A DNA stretch of 26,575 nucleotides from a virus (taxonomy: Duplodnaviria > Caudoviricetes). Below are positions 18,606 through 26,575 of this stretch, one piece after another. The position numbers and the translations under genes are program-made. The number at the start of each line of letters is the position of its first letter. Position 1 is the stretch's first letter. The notes below the pieces were generated by a model. That model saw only the letters and a list, made by a program, of their open reading frames with translations. It was not told the origin of the DNA and ran no database searches. The stretch covers positions 1 to 26,575 of the IMG/VR virus record IMGVR_UViG_3300008110_001074; one strand, 5' to 3'.

Positions 18606-20900
18606 ATGCCTGCGTTTAGTACATATAATCGAAACGGATTTAATTCCAGACTTAGAGATCAGGGTATAACTAGACAGGTTTTCTCAAGATTTGGATCAAC
18701 AGCAACAACATCAACAATTTCTCGTTCTTGTGTTGCCGAAGATTCCGAGTACTCAGTCTATGTAACTTCAAAGCAATCGAGTGGAGCAACACTTGTAAAT
18801 CCCATAGTCTCAAAGTTTGATAAAAAGGGCGACGAGATTTGGAGTGTCGCAATAGAGGATACTTTTTCTGCCGATAAGTATACACTATATGCTAAAAATG
18901 TTAATGTACCTCTAAATGGAACCATAAGTGTAAATGTAAATTCTTTTAGTACAATCTCATTCTGGTTTTCAAAAATTACTGCGACCGGAATTGCTCCTTC
19001 TTCAGATTTATTGGCATCAACAACCAACAGTGTTTTCTGGATCGTTATCAATAATGATCCAACTAGAAAATACAAATTATCATTTTCGGGAAATGAAACT
19101 GATTCTGGAACATATTATCGTCAATCAATTAATAAAAATCAATATGATGCCACGAGATTTATAAATGATGTAAATTCTAATGTCATAGCACTGGGAGATA
19201 CTTTTCAATTATTTTTTGAAAATACCTATAAGTATGATGAAATCCCGATTGCAATTGATGCAGCAGATGACATTATTGTGGCATATAGATCATATAAAAA
19301 TTCATCTTCTATTCTTTATAGTGATAATTTAAACGGTAGTAATTGGACGACTTATTGTGGAAGTTCTTCTAACTTTACACCAAACACAACAGATCTTCCG
19401 GCACCGAACGGAACATTTACGGCATCGAAAATAGTTAGAAATAATGTTGCAAGTTGTAATTCATCAACATCTTGGGGTAGACTTTGGAATTCATCTTCAT
19501 TAGTTTCAACCGGAACAAACTATACCATAAGCATATATGTAAGAGGTGCAGTTGGTGGAGAAGTTGTAAGTTTTGGAATTGCCGATGGAAATGCCGCTAA
19601 TTATACTTTAACGACTCAATGGCAAAAGATAACCTATACGGCAAATGCACTGAGCACTTCAAGGGGGTTGCAAATATTCAGTAGTCAAACCAATATAACT
19701 TTTTATATGTGGGGTGCAAGAGTCGAGAGGACAAGTTTGATTGATACTGAAAGAAGATATAAGATATCGGTATTTAAATTGGCGAAAAACAATGGGAGTA
19801 TTAAGTGGTTCAGTGAATTAAGTTTAAAATCTGATGCTTATATTGAAAGCTTTACGACTACGGCACAAAGTGATGTTAAGGCAATTACTACCGATTCAAA
19901 TAAAAATATCTACTTATGTGGTAGTGCCTTTGCCGCACAAGGTCCAAATAGTGGTGTAGGAAACAATTATGGATTTGTTACGAAATTAAATGAATATGGA
20001 AATTTAATTTGGAAGAGCTTAATGTATGCCTCTCAGGGTCCTATACCAGAATCTGCAACCGATGCGGCACAACAAATAACTTCATTATCACTCAGCCCAG
20101 ACGGGTTCCTGTATGCCTCTGGTGGGAGCACTACAGTAAATGGTGCCGGTCCTTGCCTTTATAAACTAAACCCAACAACTGGAAACTTAGAATCTGGTTG
20201 GCCAGTAATGTACAATCTAGATGTAAGTTTAAATAAGTTTTTATTCATAACAGAAATTGATACTGACAGTGAAGGAAATATCTATGGTATTGTGGGAAAC
20301 TTGGGAGAACCAGAAAGTGTGTTTGACTATTCGGTTATAAAGTTTGATTCAAATGGTAATTTATTGTGGTGCAATCGTTATGATACTAATGATACTACAG
20401 AATCGGGATATAATTTAATTATAGATAGGACAGATATAGTTTATGTATCTGGACGTTGTGATACAGTTTTAAATGATAGGCCAGGAGTACTGGGATTAAA
20501 TAAGGATGGAAGTGTCGAAGGGTTTAGGAGAATACGATATAGAAGAGAACCTTTCATAGATGAAACTAGTATTTCAATGAGAAAATCAAAAACATTCTCA
20601 ACTACACTCACTAGAAATCGCCATACATTTATTTTGAATGAGACTGGATTGAATGGTTTTGTAATTGGAATGATACAGAAAGAAAAAACGAGTGTGGGCA
20701 CATATGAAACTCCTTTGGATAGATATATTGTTAGTGGATCAAATCCGATTATAACCGACATTATATCAATTTTAATTTCTAGGGGATATTTTATAGAATA
20801 TGGAACTGATAATTATATGACACAGGCATTTGGAATTTCAAATACTATATCGCCACTATTAGATCACAGAGTTCTTTCTAAAGTTGAAGTTCCACAATAA
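18606..20900 (+). CDS. Beta-propeller virion protein with an inserted carbohydrate-binding-like domain
   Basis: Propeller blades KFDKKGDEIW, TDSNKNIYLCG, TKLNEYGNLIW, DTDSEGNIYG, IKFDSNGNLLW. The insert ILYSDNL..SNW...NYTISIYVRG...LTTQWQKITYT...YMWGARVE resembles CBM4/9. Confidence 0.75.
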   Translation: MPAFSTYNRNGFNSRLRDQGITRQVFSRFGSTATTSTISRSCVAEDSEYSVYVTSKQSSGATLVNPIVSKFDKKGDEIWSVAIEDTFSADKYTLYAKNVNVPLNGTISVNVNSFSTISFWFSKITATGIAPSSDLLASTTNSVFWIVINNDPTRKYKLSFSGNETDSGTYYRQSINKNQYDATRFINDVNSNVIALGDTFQLFFENTYKYDEIPIAIDAADDIIVAYRSYKNSSSILYSDNLNGSNWTTYCGSSSNFTPNTTDLPAPNGTFTASKIVRNNVASCNSSTSWGRLWNSSSLVSTGTNYTISIYVRGAVGGEVVSFGIADGNAANYTLTTQWQKITYTANALSTSRGLQIFSSQTNITFYMWGARVERTSLIDTERRYKISVFKLAKNNGSIKWFSELSLKSDAYIESFTTTAQSDVKAITTDSNKNIYLCGSAFAAQGPNSGVGNNYGFVTKLNEYGNLIWKSLMYASQGPIPESATDAAQQITSLSLSPDGFLYASGGSTTVNGAGPCLYKLNPTTGNLESGWPVMYNLDVSLNKFLFITEIDTDSEGNIYGIVGNLGEPESVFDYSVIKFDSNGNLLWCNRYDTNDTTESGYNLIIDRTDIVYVSGRCDTVLNDRPGVLGLNKDGSVEGFRRIRYRREPFIDETSISMRKSKTFSTTLTRNRHTFILNETGLNGFVIGMIQKEKTSVGTYETPLDRYIVSGSNPIITDIISILISRGYFIEYGTDNYMTQAFGISNTISPLLDHRVLSKVEVPQ

Positions 20901-20903
20901 ATA
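20896..20903 (+). promoter_or_regulatory. T4-like late promoter (AATAAATA)
   Basis: ATAAATA core overlapping the upstream stop codon, about 20 nt before the GTG at 20923. Confidence 0.55.
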
Positions 20904-20922
20904 GAGAAAAAAGAGAATAAAT

Positions 20923-21639
20923 GTGGCAATAAATTTTCCAATTAATCCTTCACCAAACGAAAGATTTACTGATCCAGTTTCAGATAATACTTATATCTGG
21001 AATGGTGAAGGGTGGATTGGATTTTCTGCCGGTGGATTAAGCAGGGACTCTATTTGGGCAAGAGGTCCAGTAGGTATTCACACTCTCACTTCAGTAGGAA
21101 TTGGGACGATTATACCCAATTATCCGGTTCATATTATTGGTGATACAAGAGTAGAAGGAACATTAATTGCCAATCAAATTAATACTATTGGAGTAGTAAC
21201 TGCTCTTTGTTATTATGGAGATGCAAGATGCTTATCAAATCTTCCTGTAGGACTTCAGAGTAGGGCAGTTGTAAGTGATACTATTGCTAATATAGAGCAT
21301 TTGGATACTGAATTGTATGAATTTAGTGGATTCAAGTCCTATGCTCTTATAAAGATTCAAACAAATTCTTCTGCTTGGATACGACTATATACTGATAGTG
21401 TTTCTAGATCTGCCGATGTTTCTAATAGAAGTTTAAATGAAGACCCTGTTCCTGGAAGGGGTGTGATTGCAGAAGTTGTGACGAGAGAATTTCCTTTTCA
21501 ACAAACTTTTACACCATACTCTATGGGAGGAAGTTCCGAAAACCCCCCAAGTAACACCATATATGCCGCAGTTACAAATCTTTGTGGAATCACTACAGAT
21601 CTAACGGTTTCATTAACAATTTTACAATTAGAGGTATAA
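20923..21639 (+). CDS. Short fibre/adaptor: MAINFP anchor plus the same C-terminal adaptor domain as the first fibre
   Basis: The GTG start is supported by N-terminal paralogy with 17884. The C-terminus FKSYALIK..AWIRLYTDSVSR..D..R...DP.PG.GVIAEV...LTILQLEV matches the end of 2..3913. Confidence 0.8.
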   Translation: MAINFPINPSPNERFTDPVSDNTYIWNGEGWIGFSAGGLSRDSIWARGPVGIHTLTSVGIGTIIPNYPVHIIGDTRVEGTLIANQINTIGVVTALCYYGDARCLSNLPVGLQSRAVVSDTIANIEHLDTELYEFSGFKSYALIKIQTNSSAWIRLYTDSVSRSADVSNRSLNEDPVPGRGVIAEVVTREFPFQQTFTPYSMGGSSENPPSNTIYAAVTNLCGITTDLTVSLTILQLEV

Positions 21640-21648
21640 AATAAAAAA

Positions 21649-23136
21649 ATGACAATTAGCACAAATACAGTATATGTTAATAATGGTGTTCCTGGTTGGA
21701 ACAGAGCAAATGTAATGCAGGGTCTAGAATCTGCATTTTCTTGGGCAAGATTGCACGGTGAGCCATTGACCGGATTGGTCCAATCAGTATCCGCAACTAG
21801 TGGTGGTGGAACATATAATGGTGGAGATGTAACTTGGTACGATAGAACTCAAAATACAACTTCTGGTATTGGTACTGGCGCATCATTTAAAGTTGTAAGA
21901 TCTGGAGCAACAGATACTGTAACTTCAGTTGTCATAAATCGACCAGGAAGAAATTACTCTAATGGCGAAACCCTAATTATATCTGCAGAAAATATTGGAC
22001 GGGCTGTTAATGGAGCTGCTAATTTAAGTGTTACTATTAATACAATTAGGGACGGATTTGGAAATCCAGTTTCTTATGGAACAACTCAAACATTTTTTGA
22101 TAAAGATTTTTCTGATGGAAATCCTTGGGGTGTTTTGAGGACTGTTCAAGATAATAGTAAGGCTTATGGGGAAACTTATTGGTATTTTAGAAATACAAGT
22201 ACTAGTACGCTAGAAATAGGATCTTCCGCTAAATATCATCCATATTATAGAAGATGGGCAGGAGAACCAGGATTTGATGGGGATACTAGTGATCCGACAA
22301 CAAATGGTTCTAGTGATCTTATTACAGGTGGGTCATTAAAATCTACTACAATTCAATATTCGAATGGGGATCAGAGTTATCCTCTAGAAATTTCTTGCTT
22401 CAGATCTGGATTAGATCCGGATTTTGCTATTTTCTCGTTCAAACAACCAACTCTAGCTTCTTCAACCCTTGCAAATCAGACGTATCAAACATTCTTCTTA
22501 CATAATTACACCTCAACGTTTTTTGATTTAGATGAAGTTTGGATGGAAGGAATTAGTATTGTAAGTAGAGCAAATAGTTTCCAGACATCTTTTTGTGGTG
22601 CTAATTATACCAATGGTGCTACAAATTCTCCATCATTTAGGTTTGGAGTTTATGGTAGTGTAAGTAACAATAGTGACCATAAGATGTCACATTCTAGACG
22701 TGCAGCTGAAGCAGGATATTGGAGAGCTGGTCAAAATAGACCATGGACTCAGTATCATTCTCAAGTATATGGAGGAACTAGTGGTTGCACTGGAGATACC
22801 ACATCTAATGATTACAGTTATATTAATTATCAAACTACAACTGTAGCGACTCAAAGAATTTACTACAGAAGTAACATTTTTGATGGTACAACTCCTGATA
22901 TGAATTTTAATGCTGTGATTAAGGGGTTACCCATTAGTGCAACTTATGTTCCTTGCCCATATTATTTACCAGATGATATTGTCCTGATTGATTTCTACTA
23001 CCCACAATCTTCGGCATTCATCGCTCAGTTTGATACAGTTACAATTAGTCCCACAGAAGTTTATACCGTAATTGATGCATCATATAATCAATCCGGAGCT
23101 ACTAGAGGAATGTTACTCTGTGGAAGAATAATCTAA
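21649..23136 (+). CDS. Virion structural protein, putative fibre-tip partner (paralog of 3915..4946)
   Basis: LRTVQDNSKAYGETYWYF vs LEVQYDAAKTYGRTYYWF, and LPDD...DTVTIS...MLLCGRII vs IPED...DTLVVS...MFLARTV. Confidence 0.72.
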   Translation: MTISTNTVYVNNGVPGWNRANVMQGLESAFSWARLHGEPLTGLVQSVSATSGGGTYNGGDVTWYDRTQNTTSGIGTGASFKVVRSGATDTVTSVVINRPGRNYSNGETLIISAENIGRAVNGAANLSVTINTIRDGFGNPVSYGTTQTFFDKDFSDGNPWGVLRTVQDNSKAYGETYWYFRNTSTSTLEIGSSAKYHPYYRRWAGEPGFDGDTSDPTTNGSSDLITGGSLKSTTIQYSNGDQSYPLEISCFRSGLDPDFAIFSFKQPTLASSTLANQTYQTFFLHNYTSTFFDLDEVWMEGISIVSRANSFQTSFCGANYTNGATNSPSFRFGVYGSVSNNSDHKMSHSRRAAEAGYWRAGQNRPWTQYHSQVYGGTSGCTGDTTSNDYSYINYQTTTVATQRIYYRSNIFDGTTPDMNFNAVIKGLPISATYVPCPYYLPDDIVLIDFYYPQSSAFIAQFDTVTISPTEVYTVIDASYNQSGATRGMLLCGRII

Positions 23137-23137
23137 T

Positions 23138-25492
23138 ATGAGAACAGACTGGAATTTTACAGTTCTTGCATTTACTACCAGATCATCTGTTCTGGGGTCA
23201 ATAGGTGCTCTTGAAAATCAGTATCTAAGTTCTGCACCATTTTCCATACAAACTACAAAACCAGTAGTAATTGATGCGAGAACAACCAATGTATTTGTTG
23301 GAATAGATTCTTCTAGTCTTTATGTTGGACAAGATTTATTTTATGTTCCAGGAATAATATATCCTAATACAAAAATATTAGAGATAGTTGAAGGTAGAAA
23401 TGTAATTAGTGCCCAAAGTATTCCAGTTGGTATTAGTACAACTATACTTACTAATGTTAATACTTCTGGAATAACAACTCAAACAAAAATTTCATTATCT
23501 CAGAATGTAATTGCAGATGGAACTTCTATAGTTTCTGTCGGAACGAGCAGTCTTCAAATATTTCCACCATCACTAAACTTTGCCGGAATTGCGACGAGAT
23601 CTTTATCTTTTTATAATGGGAGTGGTGAATATAGCCTTACTTTGTCGGCAAGAACCACAAATAGTTTTGAAGAATTTATTAATCTAGATTTTGGAACTGG
23701 TTCAGTCACCGGAATTGGTTCTACGTTCATCTTTAATACAGATGCATATTATGGAAGTGGTGGTCCAATAACCTTTGTTGGCGATGAACTTGGACAAACG
23801 TCCGGAATAATAACTACTGGATATTCTGTAACTGGAATTGATACCTATACTAGTTCATCTACTACAAATTTTAATATAAAAACCGAGATAGATGGTTACA
23901 AGTATCTTGAAGCGCGAACATATTCGGTAAATGTTGGTTCAATATCATCTTTGGTTGCGATTGGTGATTATGTCAGGGGCCCATACTTTACCAGCAATAC
24001 AACAGTAACTTCTATTAGTGGTAGTACCGTATCATTTGGATCATCATCAACAAATACATATGCACTAATATCTGATGTAGGATTTACAAGACCAGTATCA
24101 GTTTCAGAAGTATCTAATGTTATTAATATCAATACCACCGGAATATTTGTCGGTGATTATGTAGTCAGTGCCGTACTTGAACCAAATACATATGTAGTTT
24201 CTGTAGGAGTAAATTCAATTACTCTTAATAATCCGACCATAAATGGAGCGGCAACTGTAGGTAGTCTTGGAATCACAACAAACATTATTACCGGAATTAG
24301 TACTTCAAGATTAGAAGTTGGTCTTGGAGTTGCACAAATTCCAGGTATTATTCCTAGCGGAACCACAATTACCGGATTTGTAAAACAACCCACAATAATA
24401 GGAATTCAAACCAATGTTGTAGGAGTTCAAACCACAAGACTTTATGGTCTCGATACAACAAATATTACAACTCAATCAAAACTATCAGCAGTATCGGGAA
24501 TAATTGCCCAAGGAACCTACGTCAAATCTATTTTCACTACTTTTGGAACAAATGAAACTTTTGACAGTGAATTAATTACCTTTGATAGTGAAAATAGTAA
24601 ATTTGATTCTTTACCAGTAAGAGGATATGTTGAAATATTTCCAGCATCATTAAATACTGCCGGAATTGGGACAACGACATCTCTAACATTTTTTAGTGAA
24701 ACTGTAAATGTTCAGATCAATAACTTTACTCAAAATTCCACACCAATCCCAAGTCAATTATTAAATCTTTATCTTGATGTAAGTACTGAATTTGCATTTG
24801 GACAATACTCAACAGTACAAAATCAAAAAAACAGAATTTATTTTAATAAATCCGGAATAAACACAGCTCCAATAAGTTCTGCCGGATTCACATTTGGATA
24901 TACTGGACCCGTATCCAAAATCACTACTGCACAAGACTATGGTGATTTATTAAATGTTACATTTTCTCAGCAAAATAAATCTATAGGAATCAATACAAAT
25001 ATTATTGGGATTAATACGTCTCTAGTTTCTATAGGGCAGTTTATAAAACCAGTTACTGAAGTTTTTGATAATGAATCAGGAACTTTTATTGAATCTATAT
25101 TAGAAGGTGCAATTAAAACAAATGTTGGAACTTCTAATACAACCACAACATTAGTTAATTTTAAACTTGGAAATTTAATTACAAAAGAAAGTAAGAGATA
25201 TCCTTTTGATACATTCGATTCTTACACTATACAATTTCTTAGTCAATTTCAGAGAGCTTTTGTTACTCAAAACACTAGTGTATTTCCGGCATATGCAAAT
25301 CCACCAGGTTCAATATTTGGCGATCCATCACTAAGATACACATTCACCTCATTCCCAACAGATTGGGATATTAATAAAGTTCTAGGAATAAAGAATTTTC
25401 CCTATGATGTTACCGCTAGAGAACGGGCAGCGGCAAGAGGAAGAAGAAGTTATGGTGGCCCATTTTATCCACGTCACGTTTTTGGAAGATAA
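23138..25492 (+). CDS. Large structural protein with ~7 repeated beta domains and a YPR C-terminus
   Basis: Repeats of the form GIxTSxLxVGxxxxxxxGIIxxxTxIxSI; ends SYGGPFYPRHVFGR; TAATATG coupling. Confidence 0.75.
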   Translation: MRTDWNFTVLAFTTRSSVLGSIGALENQYLSSAPFSIQTTKPVVIDARTTNVFVGIDSSSLYVGQDLFYVPGIIYPNTKILEIVEGRNVISAQSIPVGISTTILTNVNTSGITTQTKISLSQNVIADGTSIVSVGTSSLQIFPPSLNFAGIATRSLSFYNGSGEYSLTLSARTTNSFEEFINLDFGTGSVTGIGSTFIFNTDAYYGSGGPITFVGDELGQTSGIITTGYSVTGIDTYTSSSTTNFNIKTEIDGYKYLEARTYSVNVGSISSLVAIGDYVRGPYFTSNTTVTSISGSTVSFGSSSTNTYALISDVGFTRPVSVSEVSNVININTTGIFVGDYVVSAVLEPNTYVVSVGVNSITLNNPTINGAATVGSLGITTNIITGISTSRLEVGLGVAQIPGIIPSGTTITGFVKQPTIIGIQTNVVGVQTTRLYGLDTTNITTQSKLSAVSGIIAQGTYVKSIFTTFGTNETFDSELITFDSENSKFDSLPVRGYVEIFPASLNTAGIGTTTSLTFFSETVNVQINNFTQNSTPIPSQLLNLYLDVSTEFAFGQYSTVQNQKNRIYFNKSGINTAPISSAGFTFGYTGPVSKITTAQDYGDLLNVTFSQQNKSIGINTNIIGINTSLVSIGQFIKPVTEVFDNESGTFIESILEGAIKTNVGTSNTTTTLVNFKLGNLITKESKRYPFDTFDSYTIQFLSQFQRAFVTQNTSVFPAYANPPGSIFGDPSLRYTFTSFPTDWDINKVLGIKNFPYDVTARERAAARGRRSYGGPFYPRHVFGR

Positions 25493-25824
25493 TGGCAAAC
25501 TTTAACTTTTCCGAAACTATCACCAATGTTATTGATTATGAGTCTGTGAAAATCAATAGATATCAACCTGTTGATGCTACAGTGTTTGTTCAAGATATAT
25601 TATTAGAAGGATACCCACTTGAAGTAAATTTTGATATTAATAATAATCCCAGCAATATTGAGAATTTATCGAATGAACTTTATATTCCATTTAACAATCT
25701 AGCTTTTACTACAATTAGAGGATGGGTATGGGGTCCAAGAACTCCGCACAGGGAAAAAATATACCCAAGAGGTGGTGGATATATACCTGTAGAACTTACT
25801 AATTATTTTGATGTTCCAAAGTAA
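25492..25824 (+). CDS. Small hypothetical protein, 'YPR-tail' family
   Basis: TAATG stop/start overlap, MANFNF start, and GPRTPHREKIYPRGG near the C-terminus. Confidence 0.7.
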   Translation: MANFNFSETITNVIDYESVKINRYQPVDATVFVQDILLEGYPLEVNFDINNNPSNIENLSNELYIPFNNLAFTTIRGWVWGPRTPHREKIYPRGGGYIPVELTNYFDVPK

Positions 25825-25848
25825 TTGTTATATTAAATAAAGAGGAAA

Positions 25849-26199
25849 ATGCCAAAAGCACTTATTAGTACAGGATCACTACCAAATGATGGATCTGGAG
25901 ATACTCTTAGAACCGCAGGTCAAAAAATAAATTCTAATTTTAATGAGATTTATAATTCACTAGGAAACGGATCAGTTTTAGCACCGGTTCTATGGGAAAA
26001 TGGAGTTTTGGGTATTACTACAACATCCGATGTTGGTATAGGAACTACTAGTCCATCACAAAAATTTGAGGTTCAGAACGGGAATATTAAAGTTGGGGTA
26101 AATACTTCAAATGGACTCATTCTTACCGATTCGGATGGAGTTCCTTGGAAATTATTTGTGAATACGGACGGGACCGTTGGGACATCATCTGCAATTTAA
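25849..26199 (+). CDS. Mini fibre with T4 gp9/gp10-like N-terminal domain
   Basis: MPKALISTGSLPNDGSGDTLRTAGQKINSNFNEIYNSLG resembles the gp9/gp10 baseplate connector N-terminus. AGAGGA SD; the C-terminal cap resembles that of 14684..17878. Confidence 0.78.
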   Translation: MPKALISTGSLPNDGSGDTLRTAGQKINSNFNEIYNSLGNGSVLAPVLWENGVLGITTTSDVGIGTTSPSQKFEVQNGNIKVGVNTSNGLILTDSDGVPWKLFVNTDGTVGTSSAI

Positions 26200-26202
26200 C
26201 CC

Positions 26203-26231
26203 TTGACACCAGATCCCTGATGCCCTATAAT
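26203..26231 (+). promoter_or_regulatory. Sigma70/SigA-type (early) promoter
   Basis: Perfect TTGACA (26203-26208), 17-bp spacer, TATAAT (26226-26231). Confidence 0.9.
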
Positions 26232-26257
26232 ACCTAGGTAATCAAACGAAACGCCCG

Positions 26258-26443
26258 ATGCCTGCCGAAGAAGTACTAACCCGCTGTGTTGTTGACACAC
26301 TGGCACGTAAGTTCTACCTGTACTCCGATCAAGGTGGAGAGCGAGTTGTGGAATGTCAAAGTGTAGATCAGTTTATGAACGTTCTTGAAGTTGTTCGTTC
26401 TAAACTTGACGGAGATACTTTGGTGTATTCCAACCCTTTCTGA
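26258..26443 (+). CDS. Small hypothetical protein, resembling conserved T4-like cyanophage proteins
   Basis: 61 aa directly downstream of the perfect promoter. The VVD...RKFYLYS..G..RVVEC...DQFMNVLE pattern is recalled from cyanomyoviruses and was not verified by search. Confidence 0.75.
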   Translation: MPAEEVLTRCVVDTLARKFYLYSDQGGERVVECQSVDQFMNVLEVVRSKLDGDTLVYSNPF

Positions 26444-26447
26444 TAAA

Positions 26448-26454
26448 CTAAATA
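26448..26454 (+). promoter_or_regulatory. Possible late promoter variant CTAAATA
   Basis: Intergenic, 11 nt before the ATG at 26466. Confidence 0.45.
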
Positions 26455-26465
26455 GAAGACAAAAA

Positions 26466-26575
26466 ATGGAAGTTTTTACCGTGGAACAATTTCAACAACA
26501 ATTTGACGAACTCCTTGAAAGAGTCGAAAATGGTGAGCACATAGGAATTGTCGGTGAAGACGGAAGAGCGGCAGT
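26466..26575 (+). CDS. Phd/YefM antitoxin-like small protein (3' truncated)
   Basis: Absent from the ORF track. Translates MEVFTVEQFQQQFDELLERVENGEHIGIVGEDGRAA..., which fits the Phd/YefM N-terminal pattern F.ELL.RV..GE.I.I...G..A. Confidence 0.65.
   Translation, partial: MEVFTVEQFQQQFDELLERVENGEHIGIVGEDGRAA

Noticed and set aside
25832-25839. ATTAAATA as a late promoter for the gp9-like gene
   Set aside because: Imperfect match in AT-rich DNA and very close to the SD. It is possible but too weak to call.
1-26575. tRNA/rRNA genes, introns, inteins, transposases or invertases
   Set aside because: Intergenic gaps are too short, and no cloverleaf, homing endonuclease, recombinase or inverted-repeat cassette motifs were seen.

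Overview
AT-rich (~35% GC by eye) phage DNA with every real gene on the + strand, most consistent with the late virion-fibre region of a T4-like cyanophage (Kyanoviridae-like). The evidence is T4-type late promoters (TATAAATA and variants), a C(UUCG)G terminator, a T4 gp9/gp10-like N-terminal motif and a perfect sigma70-type promoter at the right end. The window holds large mosaic fibre/adhesin genes built from reusable parts: a LamG lectin domain, an Mtd_N-like anchor, 14-aa YadA-like beta-roll repeats, beta-propellers and a CBM-like domain. Three features stand out. (1) A sulfotransferase, two paralogous small helical proteins and a GT9-like glycosyltransferase sit between two beta-roll fibres carrying dozens of N-x-S/T sequons, suggesting a phage-encoded fibre glycosylation/sulfation system. 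(2) A 'fibre C-terminal adaptor -> partner protein -> YPR-tail protein' cassette occurs twice, alongside other candidate plug-and-socket docking pairs, suggesting a branched modular receptor-binding apparatus. (3) A ~1700-aa fibre gene is interrupted by two +1 frameshifts that the ORF track hides. Family assignments come from motif recognition by eye; no database search was run.
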